A stretch of 64,000 nucleotides of DNA from Poseidonia sp. (GCA_049617635.1 JBMZJQ010000003.1:237-64236), one strand, 5' to 3'; positions 25,801 through 34,642 are shown, counted from the stretch's first letter. Program-made: numbers and translations. Notes: generated by a model not told the origin, from the letters alone.

Positions 25801-26947
25801 TCAAGAGGATGCGGACAACGACGGTGTCATGGATGCCTTTGATGCATGTGCAAACACCCCACTTGGTGCGGTTGTCGATGCTGCAGGATGTGCTCAAAGC
25901 CAGTTGGACACCGACGGTGATACCATCACCGACGACCGAGACCAATGCCCGACGACCACTGCAGGCACGCCGGTCAACGGCGTTGGTTGTGCAGCAACGG
26001 AACGTGACACGGACGCTGACGGTGTCGTTGATGCAAGCGATGTGTGCGACGCCACCCCGTTGAGTGAAGTCGCCGATGCACAGGGGTGCTCGCCATCCCA
26101 GAAAGACAGCGATGGAGACGGCATCAGCGATGACGTCGACAATTGCCCTGGAACCGATAACGACCTTCCAGTGGACCTGCTTGGCTGTGCAACCAACCAA
26201 CGTGACACCGACAGCGACATGATTTCAGACGCCGAAGACGCTTGTCAGGCAACGCCTGCTGGCGAACAGGTGGATGCGCAAGGATGTTCGGATTCGCAAA
26301 AGGACACCGACAACGACGGCGTGACCAACGATGTTGACCTCTGCCCCGACACCGGCAATTCCCAAAACGTCGATGTTGATGGATGTTCCCAGCAGCAGAA
26401 GGATGACGACAAAGACGGCATCAAGAACCATCTTGACAACTGTCCCAACACCCCGGTTGACGAACTCATCGATCCGGTGGGCTGTGCCCTTTCGCAATTG
26501 GATTCCGATGGCGATGGTGTGAATGATGCCGAGGATGCGTTCAAGTTTGATGCCAACGAATCCGTCGACACCGACGGTGATGGTGTTGCTGACCGTTGGG
26601 ATGCCTATCCAGAAGACGCTTCTCGTTCCCAGGCAGAAGCTGAGGAGTCCGGAAACGGTATCTTGTACGCCGTCATCGTCCTTCTCTTGTTGGCCCTCAT
26701 TGGTGGGGGAGGATACATCTACACTCGCAAACCGGAATTGTCCTCAAGTCCCTTTGCACAAGCGGCTGCTTCGATGGACGCCGCTACTGAGCAGTACATG
26801 GGCCAAACGGAAAGCAAAGACCTTCCAAGTCTCCAAGAGGGACCGCATCAATGGGAAGAAAACGGCGTCCATTGGTCCCGAGATGCCAACGGCCAACTCT
26901 CCTACTACGATGCTCAGTCGGGTGCTTGGGTCGCTTACCAGCCGTGA
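22877..26947 (+). CDS. Giant secreted surface protein: pre-peptidase-C-terminal-like domains, thrombospondin type 3-like Ca-binding repeats, C-terminal TM anchor and cytoplasmic tail
   Basis: Start at MRHVAATKQ... with signal peptide LVLMLVLASLLAMF. LEPNDSTATASP...DIDFFEV (PPC-like). Nine DADGDGYGDN units, then about ten DxDxDGVxDxxDxCP units. TM helix ILYAVIVLLLLALIGGGGYIY. Confidence 0.85.
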   Translation: MRHVAATKQAKASSLVLMLVLASLLAMFTPGVQAVGPNQNDLNSSGDLPDNMTVNITNYIFSSTYSGTGELDWGDDDDFIRVALTSTQGLAATLSFANTTTFSNGTTVSNDFDLAFYDSSMNMMTMSWNSNPESVTTNGSTSGHGGMVYVGISRWTGSGAWTLNLYKFTVSSTGGNGTGGPGGGTITNCTGNNTLASDILEPNDSTATASPANMLPLTCTGLSIHSTSDIDFFEVYMIAGTTYYANITFLHANGDIDVSWQTSLGGFLDSGGSVTDDETMQVTASVNQTTYIEVFGYSGATNTYGIDITTDNPGGGQTFETVTVNMVNTSFSTLSFSGLTNGTTYQYNHSYGHEYLDGNFTWSTSVTGNFTANGTTHAMNITTQAASGEGEMYVMASLLSATGTYLHADIDTTYIESVEAAVTSSTSGDISVTNLSTSTTYTLEWVTLDYDEWMTNYSVSNDVHAAINASMIDSDSWSISNTASVSYQVNWTGPTTMNDHLFLAYIYLPGTVPDLDTNENLTGLHFDEFIPQLPALVLNGYSTSSTASTNNVQAKGADLVVGDSYQYQYRVTDASGANLATSSMTSFTATAQNMSITSWSYTTPTSSGTYCVHIDLYSNVSVQLIGDDDCFQITIDDDNDGVANEADQCPNTATGAIVDQYGCALAQKDTDGDGYNDAVDAFPTDATQWSDMDGDGYGDNASGNNPDAFPTDGSQWSDADGDGYGDNASGNMPDAFPMDPTQWSDADGDGYGDNASGNNPDAWPSDSTQWADSDGDGYGDNPTGTNGDAFPTDPTQWSDADGDGYGDNPNGTTPDAFPNDGTQWADGDGDGYGDNPNGNNGDDFPNDPSQWSDADGDGYGDNQAGTSPDAFPSDSTQWNDTDGDGYGDNAAGLNADAFPNDSTQWRDADGDGYGDNANGNNPDLCLNTPSGEAVDENGCSASQLDADMDGVSDSLDACPDTPAGEPVDNVGCSSSQEDADNDGVMDAFDACANTPLGAVVDAAGCAQSQLDTDGDTITDDRDQCPTTTAGTPVNGVGCAATERDTDADGVVDASDVCDATPLSEVADAQGCSPSQKDSDGDGISDDVDNCPGTDNDLPVDLLGCATNQRDTDSDMISDAEDACQATPAGEQVDAQGCSDSQKDTDNDGVTNDVDLCPDTGNSQNVDVDGCSQQQKDDDKDGIKNHLDNCPNTPVDELIDPVGCALSQLDSDGDGVNDAEDAFKFDANESVDTDGDGVADRWDAYPEDASRSQAEAEESGNGILYAVIVLLLLALIGGGGYIYTRKPELSSSPFAQAAASMDAATEQYMGQTESKDLPSLQEGPHQWEENGVHWSRDANGQLSYYDAQSGAWVAYQP
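24914..25642 (+). repeat. Nine tandem 81-bp (27-aa) in-frame repeats: DAFPxDxxQWxDxDGDGYGDNxxGxxP
   Basis: Read directly from the translation: DAFPTDATQWSDMDGDGYGDNASGNNP ... DAFPNDSTQWRDADGDGYGDNANGNNP. Nucleotide similarity between units is high by eye. Confidence 0.9.
25643..26542 (+). repeat. About ten tandem approximately 31-aa Cys-containing thrombospondin type 3-like repeats
   Basis: Units of the form D-x-D-x-D-G-[VI]-x-D-x-x-D-x-C-P-x-T-x-x-G-x-x-V-D-x-x-G-C-x-x-S-Q. Confidence 0.8.
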
Positions 26948-26980
26948 AGAACCACGGTTGTTGGTCGGTTCCAGTGGCGT

Positions 26981-28153
26981 TCACGTCAAGACTTCGAGCA
27001 GGCGATCTTGCTCGGCAGCCATACGCAACTCCATGGCGATTCTACGCCCGCTTGACATGGGCTTCCGCCAGGTCGCGTTGCCGTAGGGGTGGCCAACACT
27101 GACGTGGACGTTCGTGCCGCCCCCGAGACGAGGAGCGACATCGTAGATGTAGTAGTTCATATCCTTGTCAATGCAGGTCTGAAGACAAAACGGACCAATG
27201 ATGCCCGGGTCGTAGTGTTCCTTGCTGGCGTTGATGAATTTCTCTCCGAGTTCAAATGCTTTCTCGAGAAGGGATTCTCGGATGGTGGCCGTGTTGTGGC
27301 CAACCACGGTCATCTCGGGGATTTGCTGGTGAATCGGCATGGTCATTTGTTGAGGTGCTGGGAGGCGAACATGCCCGTCGAGCGAGGACTCAAATCGCCA
27401 ATCAACGCCAAGCAATTCCAGACGCTCGCCTTCTTCAGCGAGAGGGCTGTAGAAGAAATTGAGGTTGAACACGGGGCCGATGACGTAGCGCTCAATTCGT
27501 GCACCGTCAAGGGAGGCTTGGTCGATGACCCCTTCTGCGAGAAGTGCAGCGGACTTCTCTTGGTATTCTTTGTAGGAAGCGCAGGTGAAGAAGCCGCGCT
27601 CGAGTTTCTTTTGGGCGTGATGAAGTTTCACGATAACGAGGCAATCAATGTCCTCTGGATTGTCAATTTTTTCGGGGTAGGGCAGACCGGCCTTTTCCAA
27701 GATCCAGTAGTAGTCTTGGTCTTCGGTTCGCTCTTCCATTCGCAACATGTTTCGAGACCCGAACATGGGAACATGGAAGTTGTTCTCAATATCGCCGATG
27801 GAGGAGTACGAAGTAAACGAGCGGTTTGGGATGTAAATGACGTTTCGCTTGCGCATTTCTTCCTGCATTTCTGGAGCGAGGACATCGTTGAAATCGTTGA
27901 GCACGATGGCCTTGTCAACCATGCCACGAACAACTCGACCGGATGAACTGCGTTGTGTTTTGAAATAATTCGCATAGGTTTTGTGACGGCCTTCTTTGCA
28001 GTAAGCCACGGTTGGAAACCCTTCCTCGATGGCTCCATCACAGATGTCCAAGGCAGAGTGGGAGGCCGTCATTCCGATGCGAAGTTTGAGGCGGTCGTAT
28101 TCTTCAACGATGGCTGCGATGTCGGATTTCCCAATCATGAACCTCACGTCCAT
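26981..28153 (-). CDS. purP: 5-formaminoimidazole-4-carboxamide ribonucleotide (FAICAR) synthetase PurP (archaeal ATP-grasp)
   Basis: IGMTASHSALDICDGAIEEGFPTVAYC at the N-terminus, GPFCLQ, and ATP-grasp-like layout. 390 aa. Matches the recalled PurP pattern (GSHSALxIxxGAKxEGF). Confidence 0.75.
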   Translation of the reverse strand: MDVRFMIGKSDIAAIVEEYDRLKLRIGMTASHSALDICDGAIEEGFPTVAYCKEGRHKTYANYFKTQRSSSGRVVRGMVDKAIVLNDFNDVLAPEMQEEMRKRNVIYIPNRSFTSYSSIGDIENNFHVPMFGSRNMLRMEERTEDQDYYWILEKAGLPYPEKIDNPEDIDCLVIVKLHHAQKKLERGFFTCASYKEYQEKSAALLAEGVIDQASLDGARIERYVIGPVFNLNFFYSPLAEEGERLELLGVDWRFESSLDGHVRLPAPQQMTMPIHQQIPEMTVVGHNTATIRESLLEKAFELGEKFINASKEHYDPGIIGPFCLQTCIDKDMNYYIYDVAPRLGGGTNVHVSVGHPYGNATWRKPMSSGRRIAMELRMAAEQDRLLEVLT

Positions 28154-28200
28154 CCGGTGGCCTGTGTTGAGGGTCTTTGATGTGTTCGCCGTTGTTTTCT

Positions 28201-29076
28201 TCAGTCAAATCGCTGCAGTTGCATCAATTCGTCGGTTGACAACGTCTCTCCCGAGAGCAGTTTGGCCATCAAATTCTGTGTCTCATCGCTGGCTGCAGGA
28301 CGCTGACCTTCACCGGCACTGGCACCTCGCATAGCACGGAGGATGTCTTGGATGGAATGCAAACATCGTAGCGAGACGATGTAGAGGCTGTGCTCTTTGT
28401 CGGCCTCCTTTTTCGAGGTTCGCAGCTTTCGGTGAGCAGATTCGGCCTTTTCTCGCTGACGATCGACTTCGGTGTTCCATTCAATCATCAAATCATGAGC
28501 GCTTTGTGCGGCCTCTGCTGCTTCTTTCACGGCGTTGTGGGCTGCTTCCTGAGCAGCGACAGCGGTCCGTAGTTCCGTACTTCCTTCAGCACCTTCAACG
28601 GCTGATTGGGACTCTTTGAGCGCTTTGCGCTTTGCGCTCAATTCCTTCATTTTCTTGAAGTACTTGCGCTCGTTTTTTCCTTGGTGTTTTCCCTGCTCGA
28701 ATTCGCGTTCAAGGCGTTCCATCGTTCGGGTCAGGGACTGGACGGTGTCGGGCCGAACAGGTCGGCCTCGTCTGTCAAATTGTTGGGGTTGTTCGGGGAG
28801 CGTTGATCGGATGGCATCTTTCGCCTCTCGGACCAAATTGTTGGCATCTTCACGCTCTTTTTTCTTCTCACGAACCATTTCGTTCATTTGGTCTCGCAAG
28901 TCTCGTTGTTCGCGAACCTGAACAATGAGTTCTCGAACTTCGTTGTTGAGCTCGTTTCGTGTGGTGGTGTATTCTTTGGTTTTCTCGTTCCAATCGTCTC
29001 GAATTTCTCGGTGCTGTGTTGCTTTTTTGTCAACCATTTTCCTTCGCTCTTCAAGAAGATCTTTGAGTTCCGCCAT
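28201..29076 (-). CDS. Archaeal coiled-coil protein (COG1340-type)
   Basis: 291 aa, heptad-rich and Arg/Glu/Lys-rich. N-terminal repeats ELNNEVRELIVQVREQRD and a central MERLEREFEQGK..NERKYFKKMKEL block. Paralogous in layout to 36226..37224. Confidence 0.6.
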   Translation of the reverse strand: MAELKDLLEERRKMVDKKATQHREIRDDWNEKTKEYTTTRNELNNEVRELIVQVREQRDLRDQMNEMVREKKKEREDANNLVREAKDAIRSTLPEQPQQFDRRGRPVRPDTVQSLTRTMERLEREFEQGKHQGKNERKYFKKMKELSAKRKALKESQSAVEGAEGSTELRTAVAAQEAAHNAVKEAAEAAQSAHDLMIEWNTEVDRQREKAESAHRKLRTSKKEADKEHSLYIVSLRCLHSIQDILRAMRGASAGEGQRPAASDETQNLMAKLLSGETLSTDELMQLQRFD

Positions 29077-29182
29077 CGTTCATCTCACCTGGTCCGGGGA
29101 AGATTCCCATCCTCCCGCAGGCTTGCGACCCACCACCCCCATTTAATCCTTCACGGACGATTCAGCGAACCGAGGAGGTGGT

Positions 29183-29533
29183 TCACTCCAAGGCTTTGCG
29201 AACTTCGCTGAGGGTTTTGCGAACCGCTCCGAGGTTGCACGTTCGCTCTGCAGCGACGAGCAAGATGCCGATGTTCACCTGCTGAAGCAGCACGTACCCG
29301 CCCTGTTGCACCATCGTCACCGCTGCGGAGGTGTCCCCCTCAGGTAACAAGGCTTGGAACACATGAAGGGGTTCATGGTTGATTTCAGACGGACCTCCGT
29401 GTTCGTAGAGTACAAACCCGTCCGATTCAAACACCACCACTCGCTGAACGCCGCGGAGTTCGTGAAGAGGGGCGAGGAGGCGTTCCAGCACGAGATTACC
29501 TACGCCTTGGGGTGAATAATGCTTAGCCTTCAT
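29183..29533 (-). CDS. Roadblock/LC7 (MglB-like) domain protein
   Basis: 116 aa. LHELRGVQRVVVFESDGFVLYEHG ... GYVLLQQVNIGILLVAAERTCNLGAVR fits the Roadblock/LC7 alpha-beta-alpha pattern. Overlaps the GNAT gene by 11 nt. Confidence 0.65.
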   Translation of the reverse strand: MKAKHYSPQGVGNLVLERLLAPLHELRGVQRVVVFESDGFVLYEHGGPSEINHEPLHVFQALLPEGDTSAAVTMVQQGGYVLLQQVNIGILLVAAERTCNLGAVRKTLSEVRKALE

Positions 29534-30014
29534 GTGTTCTGGGAAGCAATCCTTTCATCATGTAACCGAGTCCAGATTGGTAGTATCCTTCCAAGCGTTG
29601 TTGAATTCGAAGGCCACGCCTTTCGTAAAATCGTTGGGCTCCAACGTTGGTGGCTTTGACCTCAAGTTGAACATGGGTGTACCCCCCATCAACGGCTGCT
29701 TGATGAAACATGTTCCATGCTTGACCGCCATGCCCCTGGCCCTGATGGTTGGTTCGAAGAGCAAAGGCTGCCACTCTGACGATACCGTCCTTAAACGGTG
29801 TCGCCCAAAAAACACCGTGAATGGTTCTCGGCTCGGGTTGTTCCAAGTCAATATACACCAAGTTACCGCCCCATTCAGGAATGGGGAGACTCATGAGCGA
29901 AGCTTCAGCATATACTTCGCCAGTTTCATGAAGGAACAATTCGATAACGTCCCTCATTTGGTCAGATGACAGCGCTTTGGGTGTCGGGCCTCGCACCCAT
30001 GCCATGCTCGGCAT
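29523..30014 (-). CDS. GNAT family N-acetyltransferase (RimI-like)
   Basis: HQGQGHGGQAWNMFHQAAVDGGYTHVQLEVKATNVGAQRFYERRGLR (acetyl-CoA motif A, Q/RxxGxG/A). Start placed at MPSMAWV, 4 nt after the upstream stop. The ORF extends to 30131. Confidence 0.75.
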   Translation of the reverse strand: MPSMAWVRGPTPKALSSDQMRDVIELFLHETGEVYAEASLMSLPIPEWGGNLVYIDLEQPEPRTIHGVFWATPFKDGIVRVAAFALRTNHQGQGHGGQAWNMFHQAAVDGGYTHVQLEVKATNVGAQRFYERRGLRIQQRLEGYYQSGLGYMMKGLLPRTHEG

Positions 30015-30018
30015 GTTC

Positions 30019-30870
30019 TCAACTCCGACGATGACGCGATGTGCTAACGTCACCTCGTTTGGCTTGTGTTCGGCGCCGTCCGTTGGATGTTCGTTGCTTC
30101 TTTTCTCGCTTGATGTCTTGGTCAAGGTCAAGTTCCGTCAACCCGCCGTGCTCAAGCATGGCTGAAAACTCCTCCAAGGTCAACGCCTCGCCTGCAGCAA
30201 GCCGCTGGGCAAAGTCTTCCTTCGGTTCAGGTATGTCTTTGCCTGAGGCTCTGTTCCTGGATTCAAGGTAGGCTTTGAGCCGACCAGCTTCCCTTCGGCG
30301 AGCTCTTGAGACCTCGCTGTTCTTGGTGAGGAGCTGAACATACTTTCTGTCTTCACGGTTGATGGTTTTCACATTCTCAAGCAGCGACTTTCGCAAGGTG
30401 TTGATCTCGGAGAGCATGGTGCTGTGTTCTTGATACACTTCGAGCATGGCTTGCATTTCAAAGAATCTTGAAAACAATTCCATTTCAGATGCCAGTGAAG
30501 CAGAATCGGCATGATGGGAGCGGGTGGTCAAACGCTGATAGGCGTCGCCCATCGCTTGCACAAGACGGTGCCGGGGTACTGCGAGTCGAACGACGAGAAC
30601 ATCTCGCTCCTGCAGGAGTTGGTCGAATTCCTTCTTCTGCAGAATGGCCGTTTTCAACAATTCATCGGACTTGACATCGTTTTCTGCCGGTGGGTTTTCC
30701 AGCTTGTTGACAGCGTATTTGATGACGTCTGAATGAAGTTTTTTCTGGACAAAAAGGTCTTGCCGTTGTGCGTCCAAGGTTTCAATCTCGAGAACAATAC
30801 CGCCGTAGCGCTCTTCAATTGCATTGAGGTCAATGCCTCTCAAATCCTCAAAAAGGTCGGCTTTGTTCAC
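30019..30870 (-). CDS. Hypothetical alpha-helical/coiled-coil protein with a strongly basic C-terminal tail
   Basis: GTG start overlapping the upstream stop (GTGA). Helical, Glu/Lys/Leu-rich. Tail KREKKQRTSNGRRRTQAKRGDVSTSRHRRS. No family recognised. Confidence 0.55.
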   Translation of the reverse strand: MNKADLFEDLRGIDLNAIEERYGGIVLEIETLDAQRQDLFVQKKLHSDVIKYAVNKLENPPAENDVKSDELLKTAILQKKEFDQLLQERDVLVVRLAVPRHRLVQAMGDAYQRLTTRSHHADSASLASEMELFSRFFEMQAMLEVYQEHSTMLSEINTLRKSLLENVKTINREDRKYVQLLTKNSEVSRARRREAGRLKAYLESRNRASGKDIPEPKEDFAQRLAAGEALTLEEFSAMLEHGGLTELDLDQDIKREKKQRTSNGRRRTQAKRGDVSTSRHRRS

Positions 30871-31313
30871 GAGGAAGCACCCCCTCCTTGCTCTTTGTTG
30901 ATGGCATAACTCGAGAGGCCGCCGTTTTTGACGCGTTCAGCATCTTCCAAGAGGTGGCCCCATGTTCCGTTGATCAACTCCTTCCAGAACGCCGTGGCTT
31001 CGCCGTGATCATTGATGGCGTATTCCACAAGTTGCAATCGAGATACGGTCCGGCGTCGGAAGGTTTCACTCTCCTCAAAAGCATGCTTTGCTTTTTGCAA
31101 GCGTTCCATGTACTCCTCACTTGATTCTGGCTGGTCTTCAAGGGCAGCGAGTGCTTCCTTGTCTTGTTTTGCACGTTCATGGGCACGGTCGTATTCTTCC
31201 CGCCGTTGAACGAGCTCCTTGGGGAGTGATGCACCGCTTTGTTCCCTTCGCTTCAAGATAGCGGCAATCAATGCCTCGGGAGTGACGGCCAAGAGTTCGT
31301 TTGGCTGCATCGA
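30867..31313 (-). CDS. Hypothetical helical protein (first gene of the Roadblock operon)
   Basis: ORF extends to 31478. Start placed at MQPNELL (31313) so that it does not overlap the divergent gene starting at 31402. ATGs at 31403 and 31478 are alternatives. Confidence 0.45.
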   Translation of the reverse strand, partial: SMQPNELLAVTPEALIAAILKRREQSGASLPKELVQRREEYDRAHERAKQDKEALAALEDQPESSEEYMERLQKAKHAFEESETFRRRTVSRLQLVEYAINDHGEATAFWKELINGTWGHLLEDAERVKNGGLSSYAINKEQGGGASS

Positions 31314-31401
31314 TTTGGCGGTCGCCTTCAATGTAAAAGAAACAACCCCTCCGCCCCTCTTTGAACGCGAAGGTGAAGAACCATGTGATTTACGCCGTTC
31401 C

Positions 31402-33933
31402 ATGGGAGATGAACGGGGTCGCTCCACCCTTGGTTCGGTTCTCCTCGCTTTGTTGATGGCCACCTCGCTCCTTTCCACCGTTCAGGCCCAAAGTGGGTCG
31501 GTGTTGATTGATGAAGAATCGGTCAGTCTTCAGAATGCGTCAACCTTCGAGGGCTCCACGCTTTTCTTTTCATTGGAGATTCACGAAACAGGGGGGCAAC
31601 AAGCCAATGTTTCAGCACGTTTGGTGGTCCAATCCCTCGAAGGTAGCGAATTGAACAACTCCAGCGTTTCCGTTGCCCCACTTTCCATCTTTGAACAACG
31701 GAACATTTCGTTTTCAATCGATGACCTACCGTTTGGTTTCAGCCAGGTCACGGTGATCCTCGAGGGTGATGTTGGCACCAATTCCACCGGATATGTGACG
31801 TCCGTTTCGAGAACTGTACAACGCCTTCGTCCACTGAACATTTCCTTTGGTGGACCAGCAAGTGTTACGGTTGAAGGTCTGGATGGTTCAGGAATCACCA
31901 CGGGAAACATGACCCTTCACGACGGCGACTTTGTTCGATTTGCATTTCCCGTGCTCAACCAAGGTGATGTTCACTGGTCGGGCAACATCACCCTCGCCCT
32001 TCAGAACGGCGAGAACAACGAATCGGTGAGCCTTTCAGGGGTGTCCGTCAACGCAAGCAATGCGCTCACCCTCACGGTTGAACCATCCATTCGCCTTACG
32101 GAGGGTGCTCTTCTTTGGTCGCTTCACCTTGATGGAAACCTTTCGACCGCCTCCGGGATTCATTCACTTTCTGGCGAATTTAGCGTCTTGCCCCCACCCC
32201 TGCCCTTGATCGCCATTGAGATTGGGTCAAACGCTGCCGAGGTGAATGCAGGAGAACAACTCGACGTGCAGCTCACTGTTTGGAACAACGGCTCTGCTGC
32301 TTTTTCGGGGTACATCGTTTGCCAGGCTGACGGTGTAGAACGGTTGAACGCCACCACACCCCTCTCCGTTCTGGGCTCTGCCAACCTTACCTTCTCCATG
32401 TCCGCAAAACCGACGACTGTTGCGTGCACAGCAGGAGGTAGTCGCTTGGATGCATCCTCATTGCTTCCTTCATCCCTCAACATCGACATGGCATCCGCCG
32501 TGTTTGAAGCGGCCGGAACACCATCACCAACCTACTCCGGTGGCCCCTGGCACAAGGGGGACACGCTTCACGCCAACATGCTCCTGCGAAACACCGGTGA
32601 CCTCGACGGTCGTGTTCGCTTGGTGCTCGAATCAGGTGGTACGGTCTCTTCCGGCGAATGGACCGAATTGAAAGGGGGTTCAGCGGGCGAGGTTGCCACA
32701 ACACTTCAGTTGTTTACCGAAGGAGACGTGGATGTTTCTTGGACGCTTGAAAGCGATAACGGTCTGGTCGAGGGGGTCATCTCGGGTTCGACGAGTTTCA
32801 CCGTCCTCGCTCAACAATCGGTTGCACTTGGAATTCAGGAGGTGACTCGAAACGAAGTGGGCCATGTGACCTTCACCGTGTCGCTGGACCTCGATGAAGG
32901 GCGAGGGCGGGACATTCAACTCCAGATTGGATACGATACCGGTGATTCGACCATCTTCCTTCGTGAGCAACTCCTTTCCCTCCAAGCGGGAGTGTATGAG
33001 GAAGAAGTTGACTTGGGTGAACTTGACGGGGAACGCGTCGTTGTTCAAATCGCTGCTGAGAACTGGGTCATCGGCCCGGGTCCATTGAGCATCACGTCAA
33101 GTATTCCCAACGAAGCCACCGTGTTCTGGATGGACTTTGGAGCAACGACCTCACCTCTTCGACCGCTTCAAGATGATTCGGTTTCTGTTTCGTTGGTGTT
33201 TCAACAATCCGGGCCAGTCAGTACATCGGTTGGAGAGGTTTGGGTCATGGATGCTTACGGTGCGATACTTGGGAAGGCAACTTCTCCCGACTGGGGCGGA
33301 GAACGTTCGGCTCAGATGGAAGTTGACGTGACCTGGCCGAAGGGTTCGACGGTGGCGTTAAGGGCGCTGTGGCACGTTGACGGGTTGGTTGTGTCAGAAG
33401 AGACCAGTTATGTCTCTGGTGAAGTCGTTGTTGACAACTCGTTTGAATGGCCGCTGGGTGCCATCGCATGGGGCATGGTTCTGGGGGCTGCCCTTATCCT
33501 TGGCGTACGGTTAAAGAATCGAACAACGAGCGAGCCATCAAGTCCTCAGCCAACCAAGAAAACACCAACTCCACCATCGTCCAAAGCGGACACCGCCGCC
33601 GAAAAGCGTGAGATTTCATGTCCTGAATGCGACCGTCGCCTCCGTGTTCCTGTGACCTACACCGGTTCAGTAGGATGTCCCGATTGCGCCACGAAGTTCC
33701 ATGTCGAAGCCGAGCAACAAGAAACCGACGGTCAAAAGGAGGAAGTGGTGGATGATCTCGATCCTGAACCGATGGTCTCCAAAGCCCCGGTTGCTCAGGA
33801 CGGCAAACTCGAGATCGCCTGTCCCGATTGCGCTCAATCCTTGCGTATTCCTGCATCCTACAACGGCTCGGTTCGTTGCCCTGCTTGCACAAAAATATTC
33901 AAAGCAAACGAAGGCGTAACCATCCTTGAGTAG
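31402..33933 (+). CDS. Large secreted CARDB-like multi-domain surface protein with TM anchor and a cytoplasmic tail carrying two zinc ribbons
   Basis: Signal peptide VLLALLMATSLLSTVQA. Repeated NQGD/WNNG/RNTGD strands (CARDB-like). TM helix AIAWGMVLGAALILGV. Tail has CPECDRRLRVPVTYTGSVGCPDCATKF and CPDCAQSLRIPASYNGSVRCPACTKIF. Confidence 0.75.
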   Translation: MGDERGRSTLGSVLLALLMATSLLSTVQAQSGSVLIDEESVSLQNASTFEGSTLFFSLEIHETGGQQANVSARLVVQSLEGSELNNSSVSVAPLSIFEQRNISFSIDDLPFGFSQVTVILEGDVGTNSTGYVTSVSRTVQRLRPLNISFGGPASVTVEGLDGSGITTGNMTLHDGDFVRFAFPVLNQGDVHWSGNITLALQNGENNESVSLSGVSVNASNALTLTVEPSIRLTEGALLWSLHLDGNLSTASGIHSLSGEFSVLPPPLPLIAIEIGSNAAEVNAGEQLDVQLTVWNNGSAAFSGYIVCQADGVERLNATTPLSVLGSANLTFSMSAKPTTVACTAGGSRLDASSLLPSSLNIDMASAVFEAAGTPSPTYSGGPWHKGDTLHANMLLRNTGDLDGRVRLVLESGGTVSSGEWTELKGGSAGEVATTLQLFTEGDVDVSWTLESDNGLVEGVISGSTSFTVLAQQSVALGIQEVTRNEVGHVTFTVSLDLDEGRGRDIQLQIGYDTGDSTIFLREQLLSLQAGVYEEEVDLGELDGERVVVQIAAENWVIGPGPLSITSSIPNEATVFWMDFGATTSPLRPLQDDSVSVSLVFQQSGPVSTSVGEVWVMDAYGAILGKATSPDWGGERSAQMEVDVTWPKGSTVALRALWHVDGLVVSEETSYVSGEVVVDNSFEWPLGAIAWGMVLGAALILGVRLKNRTTSEPSSPQPTKKTPTPPSSKADTAAEKREISCPECDRRLRVPVTYTGSVGCPDCATKFHVEAEQQETDGQKEEVVDDLDPEPMVSKAPVAQDGKLEIACPDCAQSLRIPASYNGSVRCPACTKIFKANEGVTILE

Positions 33934-33941
33934 GTGGCAAG

Positions 33942-34610
33942 ATGGTTGGTCATTTTCAAGAATTTGAAGATGAATACCTCGAGACCATGTATGAGTTTCA
34001 CGAGCATGAACCCCTCGGTTTGGTCCGAACAGGAGAGTTGGCGAGTCGACTGGGTGTGAGCCCAGCTTCAGCCACCGAAATGGTCCAGCGTCTTGCATCC
34101 CGAGGGTTGTTGGAATACGTCCCCTACAAGGGGGCACGTCTGACGTCTGAAGGCTTGGTTCACGGTCAAAAAATGAAGCGTCGGCACCGGCTTGCTGAAG
34201 TCCTTCTTGACCTTCTGCCCTACGATGGTGATGCACACGAAACGGCCTGCCGATTGGAGCACGCCATTGACGATGACATGGAGGTCGCTCTGTCACGCCT
34301 CATCAGTCCGACGACAACGGACCCCAGCGGTCGACCTATCCCCGCCCCGACCAGTGACATCGCCAAGCGATTGCTCGATGACCTTCAACCAAAAACCGTT
34401 GAACAACTCACGATAGGCGAACAAGGCGTTGTGGCCGGCTCGATTTTGCCTACACAGACGCTCGAACAACTTGCATCAAACGGGTTCAGCACCGGCGTAC
34501 GCATCACCCGGATTGAAGAAGGCCTTCTGATGGCTGATGGAAAAGTCCTCCAACTTTCGGACGATTGGATGCGATGTGTTTTTGTGGACGTTCACAAGAA
34601 TTCAGCGTGA
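33942..34610 (+). CDS. DtxR/MntR-family metal-dependent transcriptional repressor with C-terminal FeoA/SH3-like domain
   Basis: wHTH LASRLGVSPASATEMVQRLASRGLL, YKGARLTSEGL, KRRHRLAEVLL, and C-terminal LTIGEQGVVAGSI. AGGTGG SD upstream. Confidence 0.85.
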   Translation: MVGHFQEFEDEYLETMYEFHEHEPLGLVRTGELASRLGVSPASATEMVQRLASRGLLEYVPYKGARLTSEGLVHGQKMKRRHRLAEVLLDLLPYDGDAHETACRLEHAIDDDMEVALSRLISPTTTDPSGRPIPAPTSDIAKRLLDDLQPKTVEQLTIGEQGVVAGSILPTQTLEQLASNGFSTGVRITRIEEGLLMADGKVLQLSDDWMRCVFVDVHKNSA

Positions 34611-34642
34611 ACCCTTTAGAAGTGAGGTTTTCATCCCATTCC

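Noticed and set aside
24914-26542. Regular short repeats considered as a possible CRISPR-like array.
   Set aside because: The repeats are contiguous with no unique spacers, lie in-frame within a long ORF and encode Ca-binding motifs. No cas genes are present.
27089-27946. 285-codon plus-strand ORF opposite purP.
   Set aside because: It is antisense to a gene with the PurP signature and has no motifs of its own.
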